Assembly (NCBI GenBank): GCA_041650035.1
Contig: JBAZLY010000001.1
Coordinates: 29,238-93,237, forward strand
From: Candidatus Omnitrophota bacterium
GTDB taxonomy: Bacteria; Omnitrophota; Gorgyraeia; JABMRG01
Direction of reading: 5' to 3'
Length of the DNA stretch: 64,000 nucleotides
The translations under genes and the position numbers were made by a program. The first letter of the stretch is position 1. Each line of letters starts with the position of its first letter. The notes beneath the pieces are model-generated. The model saw nothing but the letters and a program-made list of their open reading frames with translations, was not told the DNA's origin and did no database searches. Below are positions 35,681 to 45,700 of this stretch, piece by piece.

Positions 35681-36751
35681 TCAGCCTCTCATGCGCTGGA
35701 GAAGGCCCTCTAATTCCTTCGGGTCATTTGATCTTTGCATAGCCACGTCTTCATCAATGACATTTTCCATTACCAGCCTTGCAAGAGATCCGTTCAAGGT
35801 TATCATCCCATCTTTAGCGCCTGTCTGTATAGCTGAATACAGCTGATGCAGGCTATTCTCGCGTATAAGATGCCTTATCGCGGGATTAACATTCATGATC
35901 TCGCAAGCCAATACCAGAGAATCCTTATCCTTCCTTGGCAATAGCTCCTGCACGATAACCCCGACCAGCACAGAGGCAAGCTGTATGCGTACCTGCTGTT
36001 GTTGCTCGGCTAAGAAAACATCCATTATACGGCTAATGGCGTGCGTAGCGCTATGTGTGTGCAGAGTCGCGAGTATCAAATGTCCGGTCTCGGCAAGGGT
36101 AAGCGCTGTGCTTATGGTATCAAGATCCCTCATCTCGCCGATCATAATAACATCCGGCGATTCACGCAGCACATGACGCAAGGCCTCACTGAAAGACGAG
36201 GTATCGCTACCGATCTCACGCTGATCAACGATAGATTTCTTATGCGAATGGATAAACTCAATAGGGTCCTCTATTGTAATAATGTGGCATCGCCGTTTTT
36301 CATTGATATTTTCAATCATACTCGAAAGCGTGGTAGACTTTCCGCTGCCTGTCGGGCCTGTCACAAGTATAAGCCCATTAGGTTTATTAACGAAATCGAC
36401 TACCATATCAGGCAGGTCTAAGTCCTTGATTTTCGGTATATCAAAAGGTATAAGCCTAATAGCCACGCCTATTGAACTCCTTTGATAATACGCGTTCAAC
36501 CTAAAACGGCTGATACCCTCAATGCCGAAAGACGCGTCTAATTCCTTGTCTTTTTTAAAACGCATCATCTGCTCCTCCGTCAGCACAGAGGCAAGGAGTT
36601 GTTCAATCTCATCCGATCTTAACGGGTTTTGATACTTGATAGACTGCATCTCACCCCTTAAACGCAGCATCGGCGGCGCACCGGCGGCAAAGACAAGATC
36701 CGACGCCTTCAGGTTGTTCATTAACTCAAGCAATTGTCGTAATTGGTCCAT
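35681..36751 (-). CDS. pilT: Type IV pilus retraction ATPase PilT
   Basis: Walker A GPTGSGKSTT, Asp box, Walker B, His box ATLHT, and the PilT-specific AIRHLIRE. Confidence 0.9.
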   Translation of the reverse strand: MDQLRQLLELMNNLKASDLVFAAGAPPMLRLRGEMQSIKYQNPLRSDEIEQLLASVLTEEQMMRFKKDKELDASFGIEGISRFRLNAYYQRSSIGVAIRLIPFDIPKIKDLDLPDMVVDFVNKPNGLILVTGPTGSGKSTTLSSMIENINEKRRCHIITIEDPIEFIHSHKKSIVDQREIGSDTSSFSEALRHVLRESPDVIMIGEMRDLDTISTALTLAETGHLILATLHTHSATHAISRIMDVFLAEQQQQVRIQLASVLVGVIVQELLPRKDKDSLVLACEIMNVNPAIRHLIRENSLHQLYSAIQTGAKDGMITLNGSLARLVMENVIDEDVAMQRSNDPKELEGLLQRMRG

Positions 36752-36781
36752 TCTAATACCCTTTCAATATATGCGCTAAAA

Positions 36782-37380
36782 ATATAACGCGCGCTCATAA
36801 GCCGAGTTCTGTCGATGAGATTATGCACGCGCGGCATCACGATATATTACGCGATAGCCCTGCGGCATTAACGCCGATACGGTAAACGCTTAAGGCGATT
36901 TTCATCGGATGGCCATCTATCTTGTCCTGTTATTGCTAACAGGATCATATTCCCTGAAGGGAAAATAGCGACCTAACCCGCCCTGCAGGCTGAGGAACGG
37001 ACAGTTCCTATGGCAGGGCCTATTTGGTCTTGCACCACGTAGAGATTGCCGCGTTTCATCTCACGATCACTGTTATGGGGTAATTAAAAGGCCGTGGGCA
37101 GTCTTGCCCAAAAACCTTTATGGCCATACGCAGTAAACCGCTACTCGTCTCTGTGGCTCTCACCTTTTTAAAACACACGGTAAAAAGGTGACCCTCTCAA
37201 GGCCCCAAGGCATTGAAAGGGTGATCCGCCCCTGGATTTATAAAAACCGCAGGGGGGCGGGTATTACCCGCTACGTTGTCCTGTGGAGCTCGGACTTTCC
37301 TCTACCATAAAGCTTTACCCATAATACCTGTTACCGGGCAAACCGCTTAAACGGCAGCGGCCATCGAGCGCGCGTTATAT
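36782..37380 (-). ncRNA. rnpB: RNase P RNA (bacterial type A), unusually long at about 599 nt
   Basis: Minus strand contains GAGGAAAGTCCGAGCTCCACAGG (CR-I/P4 5' strand, 37302-37280) and ACAGAACTCGGCTTA (CR-V/P4 3' strand, 36812-36798). There is also CAAGACCAAATAGG, like E. coli CAAGGCCAAAUAGG. The ends form a perfect 15-bp P1 helix (ATATAACGCGCGCTC / GAGCGCGCGTTATAT), followed by TTTT. Confidence 0.9.
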
Positions 37381-37407
37381 TCTTCAAAGAACAGTTATCC
37401 GGATACC

Positions 37408-37863
37408 TTATTTCAAAACAAAAGACTTGTCGTTTCTTTGCGATGCGGAACCGTCTATGGCCTTATTTGCCAGCTTATCAGCGCCCTTGTTTTGCTCCCT
37501 CGGTATATTATTAACTATTACCCTGTCAAAATGGATAAGGGCCTTTCTAGCCTGTTCATGCAACTCCTTAAGCACGGGGTTTTTTACCCTATATTCACCC
37601 GACAGTTGTTTCGCTAATAACTGGCTGTCTGTGTTAATAGTGATAGCCTTGGCTCCCAGTTTGCGGGCCTCTTCCATGCCGGTAATAAGAGCCGTGTATT
37701 CAGCCACATTATTAGTGGCATTACCGATAAATTTATCGATATTTGCCACAATCCGCTTGTTTTCATCCTCCAGGATTATGCCAACCCCTGCCGGACCCGG
37801 GTTCCCGCGCGCAGCACCGTCAACATACAACGATAAAAAATCACACCTTTTCTTCTTCATCAA
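37408..37863 (-). CDS. rnhA: Ribonuclease HI
   Basis: LYVDGAARGNPGPAGVGIIL, NNVAEYTALI and DSQLL..Q form the type 1 RNase H DEDD core. Confidence 0.88.
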   Translation of the reverse strand: MMKKKRCDFLSLYVDGAARGNPGPAGVGIILEDENKRIVANIDKFIGNATNNVAEYTALITGMEEARKLGAKAITINTDSQLLAKQLSGEYRVKNPVLKELHEQARKALIHFDRVIVNNIPREQNKGADKLANKAIDGSASQRNDKSFVLK

Positions 37864-38578
37864 TTATATAGAGAATCCGCTGGCAATTTTCACATCTTAC
37901 AATAGCCTGTTTCATCTTGATCTCATTAATAACTTGAGACGGCATGTTCATATAACATCCTCCGCAGGCCCCATTAACAATACGAGCAAGCGCCTGACCC
38001 TGCCTGCCGAATAATATACGCTCGTATTCCGCCAAGAGCTTGCTGTCCAAAAGCGGGAGTATCTGCTGCCTCCTGGTATTTAACCCTTCAATGTCCGATC
38101 GAATATCATTCATATCTCTTTCAACCTCGGCTATCTGATTTTCTATTCTTTTTGACTCCTGGCTGAATTTTTCTTTTTCAGACTCCAACGTCTTTTTAGC
38201 CTGATCAACGCTATCCATAAGATTGATTATCTCTTCCTCAAGCAAGGAATCATCTGCCTTCCGGCTGCCTATCTCGTTAATCATGGCCGTGTATTCCTTA
38301 TTTGTTTTGATCTGGTATAGCTGGCCCTCCAGTTTTTTTATCTCGGATTCCTTCGAGCCTAAAGACACCTCTTTTTCTTTATGTCTAAGCTGTAATGCCT
38401 TAAGGCTGTCTTCAGCATCTTTGACACTTGATTTTTTGGATTCAAGCGAGGCCTTGAGCAGGCCAATCTGCCGGGGCCTGTCATCAAGCTCTGACCTCAT
38501 CATATAAATTTGAATATCAATATCTTGAAGCTTTATAAGGAATTCGATCTGCTGTGGGACATTCAACTCATTAGACAT
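37841..38578 (-). CDS. COG1579-type coiled-coil protein with C-terminal C4 zinc ribbon
   Basis: Long heptad-rich region, then CGGCYMNMP...CENCQRILY. Overlaps rnhA by 23 nt. Confidence 0.8.
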   Translation of the reverse strand: MSNELNVPQQIEFLIKLQDIDIQIYMMRSELDDRPRQIGLLKASLESKKSSVKDAEDSLKALQLRHKEKEVSLGSKESEIKKLEGQLYQIKTNKEYTAMINEIGSRKADDSLLEEEIINLMDSVDQAKKTLESEKEKFSQESKRIENQIAEVERDMNDIRSDIEGLNTRRQQILPLLDSKLLAEYERILFGRQGQALARIVNGACGGCYMNMPSQVINEIKMKQAIVRCENCQRILYIIDEEEKV

Positions 38579-38808
38579 AGTATAAAAATTATATCACATG
38601 GAGATAAAATTACAAGCATATTTTTATGTAAAACAGGGACAATTTCACAGATATCCGATTTCTTAAACTTAGAAGAAAACGGAGACCTTTTTCTGCATTT
38701 ATAAATACCCGTCAAAAATAAGTAACATATAGCACAAGGTGACCCCGTTCCGCTGAAGCTACGTATATCCTCTTGCCATTATCGCCGTATTATTATAACA
38801 TATTACAC

Positions 38809-39681
38809 ATGAACAATAAGATACTGGACCTTTACAAAAAATGCCGGCTGTGTCCGAGACGATGCTCCGTTAACAGGGCATCCGGGGATACCGGGTTTTG
38901 CGGCGCGGGGGCAGAAACGGTAATCGCCTCATACATGTCACACCGGTTCGAAGAACCTGCCATAAGCGGCACCAAAGGTTCGGGAGCTATTTTTTTTAGC
39001 TATTGCACGGGCCGATGCCGTTACTGCCAGAATTTTAACTACAGCCGTGGACTGCATGGTCAAGGGGTCTCGATAGAAAAACTTGCCAGTATAATGTTGG
39101 AATTGCAGAAAATCCGGTGTCACAATATTAACCTTGTATCGCCGACCCATTATACCCCATCCATAATAGCCGCCATTGAGATAGCCAGAAAAAGACCTCT
39201 TAGCATACCCATACTATACAACTCAAGTGGTTACGAAACCCCTGAAACAATCGATCTGTTAGAAGGTTATATAGATATATATATGCCTGATTTAAAATAT
39301 TCTAATGACATCTTAGCAAAAAAGCACTGCGGCTTTACCAAATACAGCAAGTACAATATAGCGGCGCTTAAAAGAATGCATAGACAGGTTGGAGATCTGG
39401 TCATAGACAAAAACGGGATTGCGCAAAAGGGCCTGTTGATACGCCATCTTATATTACCTGGTCAGATAGAAAACACAAAACGCGCACTTGAACTTATCGC
39501 AGAAAATCTCGGCACTAATGTGCATATCAGCCTTATGAGCCAATATTCTCCCACCTCTATCGTGAGATCGGATCATGACCTCGGTAGACGTATTTCAGTC
39601 GTGGAATACCAAACAGCGCAAACGTACTTGATAAAAATGGGTTTTCTGAACGGTTGGACACAGGGGTTTTTTAGAAGATAA
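38809..39681 (+). CDS. Radical SAM protein, PflX (COG1313) family
   Basis: N-terminal CRLCPRRCSVNR..GFCG cluster, radical SAM CTGRCRYCQN, EEPAISGTKGSGAIFFS, LLIRHLILPG. First ATG at 38809; the track starts at a TTG at 38773. Confidence 0.85.
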   Translation: MNNKILDLYKKCRLCPRRCSVNRASGDTGFCGAGAETVIASYMSHRFEEPAISGTKGSGAIFFSYCTGRCRYCQNFNYSRGLHGQGVSIEKLASIMLELQKIRCHNINLVSPTHYTPSIIAAIEIARKRPLSIPILYNSSGYETPETIDLLEGYIDIYMPDLKYSNDILAKKHCGFTKYSKYNIAALKRMHRQVGDLVIDKNGIAQKGLLIRHLILPGQIENTKRALELIAENLGTNVHISLMSQYSPTSIVRSDHDLGRRISVVEYQTAQTYLIKMGFLNGWTQGFFRR

Positions 39682-39783
39682 TCGGGAACCTATAAAATTA
39701 ATCCCGCGCTGTCCTAATATATTAATCGCATCATAGGTCCCAATTTCATATATTCAGCGGAAAACAGTAAATCCTGAAAATTC

Positions 39784-39860
39784 TGGTGGGCGATAGTGGA
39801 TTCGAACCACTGGCCTCTACAATGTGAATGTAGCGTTCTAACCAGCTGAACTAATCGCCC
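39784..39860 (-). tRNA. tRNA-Val (anticodon CAC), CCA encoded
   Basis: The reverse complement GGGCGATTAGTTCAGCTGGTTAGAACGCTACATTCACATTGTAGAGGCCAGTGGTTCGAATCCACTATCGCCCACCA folds by hand into a full cloverleaf. Anticodon loop is TTCACAT. Confidence 0.93.
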
Positions 39861-40012
39861 TAAAAACAGCGATTTAATCTCAAAAGATGTTAATCCCTGC
39901 TCCGGATTCGGCGCCCTACACCTTACTTCGTTCTTTGCGGGTCGGCCGTTCGCCCTTAAAATACCCCTCTTTGCCGCATTTTATTGAAGGGCTCTCTTCG
40001 AGTCCTAAAAAA

Positions 40013-40089
40013 TGGTGGGCCCGGTAGGACTCGAACCTACGACCAATTGATTATGAGTCAACTGCGCTAACCAACTGCGCTACGGGCCC
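40013..40089 (-). tRNA. tRNA with CAU anticodon (elongator tRNA-Met or lysidine-modified tRNA-Ile2), CCA encoded
   Basis: The reverse complement GGGCCCGTAGCGCAGTTGGTTAGCGCAGTTGACTCATAATCAATTGGTCGTAGGTTCGAGTCCTACCGGGCCCACCA forms a cloverleaf. The G1-C72 pair and an A/U-rich anticodon stem argue against an initiator. Confidence 0.9.
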
Positions 40090-40360
40090 AAAAAGTATAG
40101 CATCTTATCTGCCAATAACTTAAGAAAAACAGACTTTTAATTAACTTGCAAGAAATTAGTATTGTGACTAAATTGCGACTATGCGCTAACCTGAAATACC
40201 CGGCTCATGTTTCTACGGCCCGATTGTAAATTGAAAAATTAATATACCAGATTTCTTTAGCGTTGTAAAGAAAGTTTTTCATTCTTTTCTGCTGAAAATT
40301 GAGCTTGGATAAAATGCCTAAAACCTTCTGTTTCATCGTGACAACAGCTTTCATGCTTAT

Positions 40361-41227
40361 TTAAAATGCCTCGGATAATAATTGCTGCCATTTTTCAACC
40401 CAACCATCATTGTGCCCGCAGCCGTCCACAATGGTAACCGTATCGCAATTATTATCTCCTGACGCACGGGCGAATCCCTCAATAATGCCTACAGGCACTA
40501 TTTTATCTTCGCTGCCGGCAAAATGGCGTTGAGGTATACCCGCTATCTTCCTCCCATAATCTATGGGGTTAAGAGATGACTCTAACTGGCTCACCTTATG
40601 ATGATAATTAACGGCCTTATGATCAAGATTGCCAGCAATCGTTATCAACCCTGATATGTCATCTCTTCTGGCGGCAATCAATACAGCCACGGCTGCACCG
40701 CCTGAATGCCCTATGAGCAAAATATGACTTGACCCTGATTGCCTTTTTAAAATATCGACCGCTTCGTTCATTGAGTCTATGACCTCCCGCGAAAAACGTG
40801 CATGCGACCAATATTTAGAATCATACCGCTTCTCTTCTTTTTCAGATATATACTGACAGGGCCTGGCGAGATAAGCGGTGTTTTTATGTGCATCAACCGC
40901 CGCTAACCGCAAAACAAGAGGCTGCGAGGGGGTTGGGTTACTCGAAACAGACCTCCTGGAGCTAAACGCGAACCCGTCACCCTCTATATATACTCTTAGC
41001 AGCCCAGACATGCCGTCAAACCTGGTGTATGCCGTAAGCTGAAAAAAAGATGTCTGCAATCTCTGTCTTTTAAAACCAGCCTCACCGGCTATCTTGTCAG
41101 CCGCTTTTGAACCGCTTGTAAAATACGAGATTGGACAGGCAGGCAGGGGTTGCCACAACACGAGAACAAAAACTATCACCAGAGACCTTGCTAATATAAA
41201 AGCAAACCTTTTTATTAAACTTTTCAT
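40361..41227 (-). CDS. Secreted alpha/beta-fold serine hydrolase
   Basis: Nucleophile elbow LIGHSGGA, a late GHND histidine context, and an N-terminal signal or anchor. Confidence 0.75.
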   Translation of the reverse strand: MKSLIKRFAFILARSLVIVFVLVLWQPLPACPISYFTSGSKAADKIAGEAGFKRQRLQTSFFQLTAYTRFDGMSGLLRVYIEGDGFAFSSRRSVSSNPTPSQPLVLRLAAVDAHKNTAYLARPCQYISEKEEKRYDSKYWSHARFSREVIDSMNEAVDILKRQSGSSHILLIGHSGGAAVAVLIAARRDDISGLITIAGNLDHKAVNYHHKVSQLESSLNPIDYGRKIAGIPQRHFAGSEDKIVPVGIIEGFARASGDNNCDTVTIVDGCGHNDGWVEKWQQLLSEAF

Positions 41228-41264
41228 AAGCGCAATCCATATAAACTAAGAAAATCCCGTGCCT

Positions 41265-42335
41265 TTATATTATCCAGCCTCCGCCAATAACCAAATCACC
41301 CTTATAAAAAACAGCTGCCTGTCCTGGCGTTGGCGCGTTCTGCGGCTTTTTAAAATACACTAAGGCATTACCGCCTTGTTCAATCTTTAAGACCGCGCGC
41401 GCTTTCGGATGTTTATACCTGATCTTAACGTATACATGAGTATTTTTTTGAAGTTTAGCAACCGGCATAGTATAAACAGCATTCTTAACACGCAGGGATT
41501 GCCTTAAGGTATCATCGTAATTACCTACAGTTATATCACCTGTCTTATGATCTATATCGGTCACATAAATAGGGCTTCCATAGGCTACACCTATACCCCG
41601 TCTCTGGCCTATGGTAAAGAAACAAGTACCTTCATGAGAAGAAAGTTTTTTGCCCATCGCATCCTTGACAATACCCTTTACTACCATACCCCCAAGTCTG
41701 TCCCGGAGAAAACGCTTGAGGTCATTGTCCTGCACAAAGCATATCTCTTGTGACTCGTCATTATACAAAGCGCTCAACCCAAGCCTTTTGGCAATAGAAT
41801 AAATATCGGACTTTTTATAATCCCCGACAGGCAACTTAAGGCGCGAAAGCACATCCTGCCCCAGGCAGAACAGTACATACGACTGGTCCTTGTCCTTGTC
41901 CTTTGCCTCTTTAATAAAGAACCTGCCTTGCCTTAAACCATATCGGCATCTCGCGTAATGTCCCGTCGCGATATAATCAGCATTGAACCTCCGGGCCTGC
42001 TCAATTAACACCGGAAATTTCATCGCCTCATTACATACAATACAAGGATTAGGGGTTTCACCCCGCCTGTAGCTGTCTATAAAACGGCCTATTACATCTG
42101 TCTCAAATCTCTTTGAGCAATCTATAAAATAATGGGGTATACCAACCCTGCTGCACGACTCTCTTGCGGCCTCAAGACTGCTTGGAAACCCGTTAGTATC
42201 GGGCCCTTCTTCCCGCGCGCCCAGCAAACCCATTGTTATGCCTATCACAAATAAACCCTGCTTACGCAAAATATATGCCGCAACAGACGAATCAACACCG
42301 CCACTCATTGCTAATACAACTGTTTTATTTCTCAT
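41265..42335 (-). CDS. mnmA: tRNA 2-thiouridine(34) synthase
   Basis: PP-loop AMSGGVDSSVAA, CNEAMKF, ATGHYAR. Confidence 0.93.
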   Translation of the reverse strand: MRNKTVVLAMSGGVDSSVAAYILRKQGLFVIGITMGLLGAREEGPDTNGFPSSLEAARESCSRVGIPHYFIDCSKRFETDVIGRFIDSYRRGETPNPCIVCNEAMKFPVLIEQARRFNADYIATGHYARCRYGLRQGRFFIKEAKDKDKDQSYVLFCLGQDVLSRLKLPVGDYKKSDIYSIAKRLGLSALYNDESQEICFVQDNDLKRFLRDRLGGMVVKGIVKDAMGKKLSSHEGTCFFTIGQRRGIGVAYGSPIYVTDIDHKTGDITVGNYDDTLRQSLRVKNAVYTMPVAKLQKNTHVYVKIRYKHPKARAVLKIEQGGNALVYFKKPQNAPTPGQAAVFYKGDLVIGGGWII

Positions 42336-42436
42336 GATCAGAACAGGTTAGGACCAGAAAGATGCCCTTTAGGCAAAGATTGGATTCTTAAAAATTCGCG
42401 ATATGACTATAAAAAAACTTGGTATCAATTATAACA

Positions 42437-42472
42437 GCGCCTTCCGGCAAATTATTACTTGGCAGAAGGCGC
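42437..42472 (-). terminator. Possible hppA terminator hairpin (weak U-tract)
   Basis: GCGCCTTC...GAAGGCGC 8-bp stem with a 20-nt loop, 15 nt after the hppA stop. The downstream region is only moderately T-rich. Confidence 0.3.
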
Positions 42473-42486
42473 CGCCATTAATTATA

Positions 42487-44583
42487 TTATTTTACCAGAG
42501 TATGCGCCATTATAAAACCGGCAAATACTATAGCAACCATAGACATAAGCTTTATAAGAATATTCAAGGCCGGACCCGCTGTATCTTTAAAAGGATCCCC
42601 TAAGGTATCGCCTGCCACAGCTGCCTTATGAGCAAAGCTGCCTTTGCCTCCATGATTACCTTCTTCGATATACTTCTTCGCGTTGTCCCAGGCCCCTCCG
42701 GCATTTGCCATCATCACCGCCAGCACAAATCCCGAAACAAGGCCTCCCACCAAAAGACCTATTCCGGCCTCAAGGCCTACGACCATCCCTACCAATACAG
42801 GAGCGATTATGGCAAGCAAAGACGGCATTATCATTTCCTTCTGAGCGGCTGTAGTAGCAATTCCTACGCACGTCGCATAATCAGCTTTTGCTTTTCCCTC
42901 CATAAGACCTTTTATCTCCTTGAATTGACGCCTGACTTCAACAACAATCTGGCTTGCCGCCCTGCCCACAGATTTCAGAAGCATCGAGCAAAACACAAAA
43001 GGCAACATGCCTCCTATAAAAAGACCTACTATAAGTTTTGGGTTAAGCAGAGAAAGGTCTATCTTGCCTCCAAGAAATACTATCCGATCCCTATATGCAA
43101 CGATAAGGGCCAATGCCGTAAGCGCGGCAGAACCTATGGCAAAACCCTTACCTGTCGCGGCAGTAGTATTGCCCAGGGAATCAAGCGCATCCGTCCGCTT
43201 CCTCACTTCAGGACCTAATCCCGACATCTCCGCGTTTCCGCCAGCATTATCGGCAACAGGTCCATAAGCGTCCGTAGCAAGCGTAATACCAAGCGTTGAA
43301 AGCATGCCAACTGCTGATATGCCCACACCATAGAGACCGGCAGTTATACTTAAAGAGCCTCCGGCAAAATAAAATGCTGCCAATACGGCTGCCCCGACTA
43401 TAATAACAGGCACTGCTGTTGAAAGCATGCCGACAGACATGCCGGATATAATAGCCGTGGCAGGACCTGTTTCAGCGCTCCGGGCGATCTGCCTGGTCGG
43501 ATTATAACGCGCGGACGTGTAGTATTCCGTTGAAAAACCTATTATAATACCGCAGAATAAACCCGCGAGAATAGCATAATACATCCCAATATATTGCATA
43601 CCAAGCACATATTTAATTACAAAAAATGATGATACGACAACAAGGCCGGCAGCTATTATCACCCCTTTTCTTAACGCCATCAACAACGCGCCCTGCGACG
43701 CGTTTTCTTTGCTCTTTACAAAAAATGAGCCTATAATAGAGCACAATATGCCAACACCAGCGATCACCATAGGCGCTATCACACCATTCATTCCAAGGCC
43801 TCCCGAAGCGCCTAATGCCGCTGTAGCTACAATAGCACCGACATATGATTCATAAAGGTCGGCCCCCATGCCGGCGACATCTCCGACATTATCTCCAACA
43901 TTGTCGGCAATAACAGCGGGATTACGCGGGTCATCTTCAGGTATACCTGCTTCAACCTTGCCAACCAGATCCGCCCCGACATCAGCCGCCTTAGTATATA
44001 TGCCTCCTCCTACCCTGGCAAATAGCGCCTGCAGGCTTGCGCCTAAAGAACGCGTCAAAAGTATGCTCGTTATAATGAGGACCTTATCGTATCCTACCGG
44101 TACCGGATTGTTTGAATAATACCAATCTAATATGCAAAACCATGCAACCAGATCCAGAAGGCCCAAACCTACCACAACAAGGCCCAAAACGGTCCCGGCA
44201 TTAAAGGCAACGCGCAGACCCCCATTCAAGCTTGTTTTCGCGGCAAAAGCAGTTCTGGCGGAAGAATTAGTCGCCATTTTCATACCTATATAACCGGACA
44301 AAGCGGAAAAAAACCCTCCCGTTATAAAAGCAAAAGGAACAAACATCACAAGATAACCGCAACGCACAAAATACAATAACAACAAAAAGACAAGAAAAAA
44401 AATAACCCCTACTACGGAATACTGCCTTTTAATATAAGTTTGGGCGCCTTCCCTGACAGCATGGGCTATCTCCCTCATCCTATCGGTGCCTTCATCCATT
44501 TTCATTATTTTGAACCCTAAAAAACACGAAAAAATAAGCGCGAGCAATGAGCTCAAAGGCGCCAGCACAAATAGTGATGACAT
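42487..44583 (-). CDS. hppA: Membrane-integral ion-pumping pyrophosphatase
   Basis: [60 protein letters not shown]. The GNTTAA form (Ala rather than Lys) is the signature of the K+-dependent subfamily. Confidence 0.94.
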   Translation of the reverse strand: MSSLFVLAPLSSLLALIFSCFLGFKIMKMDEGTDRMREIAHAVREGAQTYIKRQYSVVGVIFFLVFLLLLYFVRCGYLVMFVPFAFITGGFFSALSGYIGMKMATNSSARTAFAAKTSLNGGLRVAFNAGTVLGLVVVGLGLLDLVAWFCILDWYYSNNPVPVGYDKVLIITSILLTRSLGASLQALFARVGGGIYTKAADVGADLVGKVEAGIPEDDPRNPAVIADNVGDNVGDVAGMGADLYESYVGAIVATAALGASGGLGMNGVIAPMVIAGVGILCSIIGSFFVKSKENASQGALLMALRKGVIIAAGLVVVSSFFVIKYVLGMQYIGMYYAILAGLFCGIIIGFSTEYYTSARYNPTRQIARSAETGPATAIISGMSVGMLSTAVPVIIVGAAVLAAFYFAGGSLSITAGLYGVGISAVGMLSTLGITLATDAYGPVADNAGGNAEMSGLGPEVRKRTDALDSLGNTTAATGKGFAIGSAALTALALIVAYRDRIVFLGGKIDLSLLNPKLIVGLFIGGMLPFVFCSMLLKSVGRAASQIVVEVRRQFKEIKGLMEGKAKADYATCVGIATTAAQKEMIMPSLLAIIAPVLVGMVVGLEAGIGLLVGGLVSGFVLAVMMANAGGAWDNAKKYIEEGNHGGKGSFAHKAAVAGDTLGDPFKDTAGPALNILIKLMSMVAIVFAGFIMAHTLVK

Positions 44584-44609
44584 TCTTTTCTCTCCTTTTT
44601 TTGCGGTTT

Positions 44610-44647
44610 AAAAAAAACTCCCCACAGGCATACGCACACCGCAGGGT
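44610..44647 (-). terminator. Terminator-like hairpin plus U8 inside the predicted hppA leader
   Basis: Minus strand CCCUGCGG-UGUGCGUAUG-CCUGUGGG (8 pairs, 3 of them G-U), followed by one G, then A, then UUUUUUUU. Next comes AAACCGCAAAAAAAGGAGAGaaaagaATG. Confidence 0.45.
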
Positions 44648-44662
44648 TGCATCAATCACATA

Positions 44663-44691
44663 ATTATACAATACAGGTGTTCAATACACAA
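44663..44691 (-). promoter_or_regulatory. Candidate hppA promoter
   Basis: Minus strand TTGTGT (44691-44686), 17 nt, TATAAT (44668-44663). Confidence 0.4.
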
Positions 44692-44712
44692 GAAAATTTT
44701 AAAAAAATACAT

Positions 44713-45675
44713 CTAAAAATTATTCTTTATCGTTACCACTTCAATATCGGGATACAAAGACAGCAGTTTATTTTTGGCCTGTTCTCCCCCAACAAAAATG
44801 GCCGTCGCAAAAGCGTCTGCGAAAAAACAAGAACCGGCTATAACCGTTACCGAGCTGTATTCACCTATAACAGGGTATCCGTTCCTTGGGTCTATCAGGT
44901 GGCTGTAATACCTTCCTTCACACACGAAAAACTGCTCATATCCGCCTGATGTCGCGGCCGCCTTATCAGACAAGGAGATGGCCGCACACACATTTTTTTT
45001 ATCATACGGGTCTCTTATCCCGATACGCCAGGGTGAAAGAGGGCCCTTTTTACCGATACAAAAGATATCCCCGCCCGCATTTATCATCGCGGACCTGATA
45101 CCGGATCTTCTTATTTCACCCGCGGCCCTGTCTACCGCATAACCCTTCGCGACAGCACCGAGATCTATGCGCATGCCATTCTTCTTGAAAAATACCTCCC
45201 TGCTGTTGGGATCCAACGCAATGTTGCCACCACCTGTTAAAACGAGATTATCCTTGATATCCCGGTCATCGGGCAACATCTTGTTTTGTATACACAGCTT
45301 CCACAAGGCCGCAATAGGCGCTATGGTGATATCAAAAACTCCTTCACTCTCGCGGTTAAGCTGATCGGCATTATATATCATAAAAAAAAGCTCTTCGCTC
45401 ACGCGAAAAGGCCCCACATGAGCAGTCTTGTTAAGCCTGCTCAATTCGCTTCCGGTATCATACATATCAGCGATCTGTTCAACACCATCAATGGCAATAA
45501 AGGCATTGTTAAAAACAGAATCAAAATCATCCCAGACAAAACCGGCTAATGTGATATCGACAAATGTCCCCATCTTAAATCGGGTGCGGATCTCTGTCTT
45601 AAGACATAACAATGCTGTTATAAACAGGCATATGATAATAAAAACCGATTTATATAAATTTTTTTTAGCGCTCAT
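44713..45675 (-). CDS. apbE: FAD:protein FMN transferase ApbE
   Basis: Signal or anchor N-terminus, MGT.. start of the mature domain, DLGAVAKGYAVD, and SGGYEQF...HLIDPRNG. Confidence 0.9.
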   Translation of the reverse strand: MSAKKNLYKSVFIIICLFITALLCLKTEIRTRFKMGTFVDITLAGFVWDDFDSVFNNAFIAIDGVEQIADMYDTGSELSRLNKTAHVGPFRVSEELFFMIYNADQLNRESEGVFDITIAPIAALWKLCIQNKMLPDDRDIKDNLVLTGGGNIALDPNSREVFFKKNGMRIDLGAVAKGYAVDRAAGEIRRSGIRSAMINAGGDIFCIGKKGPLSPWRIGIRDPYDKKNVCAAISLSDKAAATSGGYEQFFVCEGRYYSHLIDPRNGYPVIGEYSSVTVIAGSCFFADAFATAIFVGGEQAKNKLLSLYPDIEVVTIKNNF

Positions 45676-45700
45676 TCGTATTATTGGCCGTGGTCAGAAT

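Noticed and set aside
37427-38014. 195-aa plus-strand ORF
   Set aside because: It is antisense to rnhA and the COG1579 gene, so it is a shadow frame.
39861-40012. 152-nt spacer between the two tRNA genes, examined for a third or degenerate tRNA or other small RNA
   Set aside because: I could not build a T-arm (GTTCRANYC), an anticodon stem-loop or an acceptor pairing, and there is no repeat structure.
40090-40360. 47-codon minus-strand ORF, and promoter guesses, upstream of the CAU tRNA
   Set aside because: The ORF lacks an SD and any motif. The candidate -35/-10 pairs have wrong spacing (10 nt), so nothing could be supported.
42628-43267. 196-aa and 86-aa plus-strand ORFs inside hppA
   Set aside because: They are antisense to a pyrophosphatase with all its signature motifs. 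Their His/Arg/Lys-rich nonsense composition mirrors the Gly/Ala/Val-rich sense frame.
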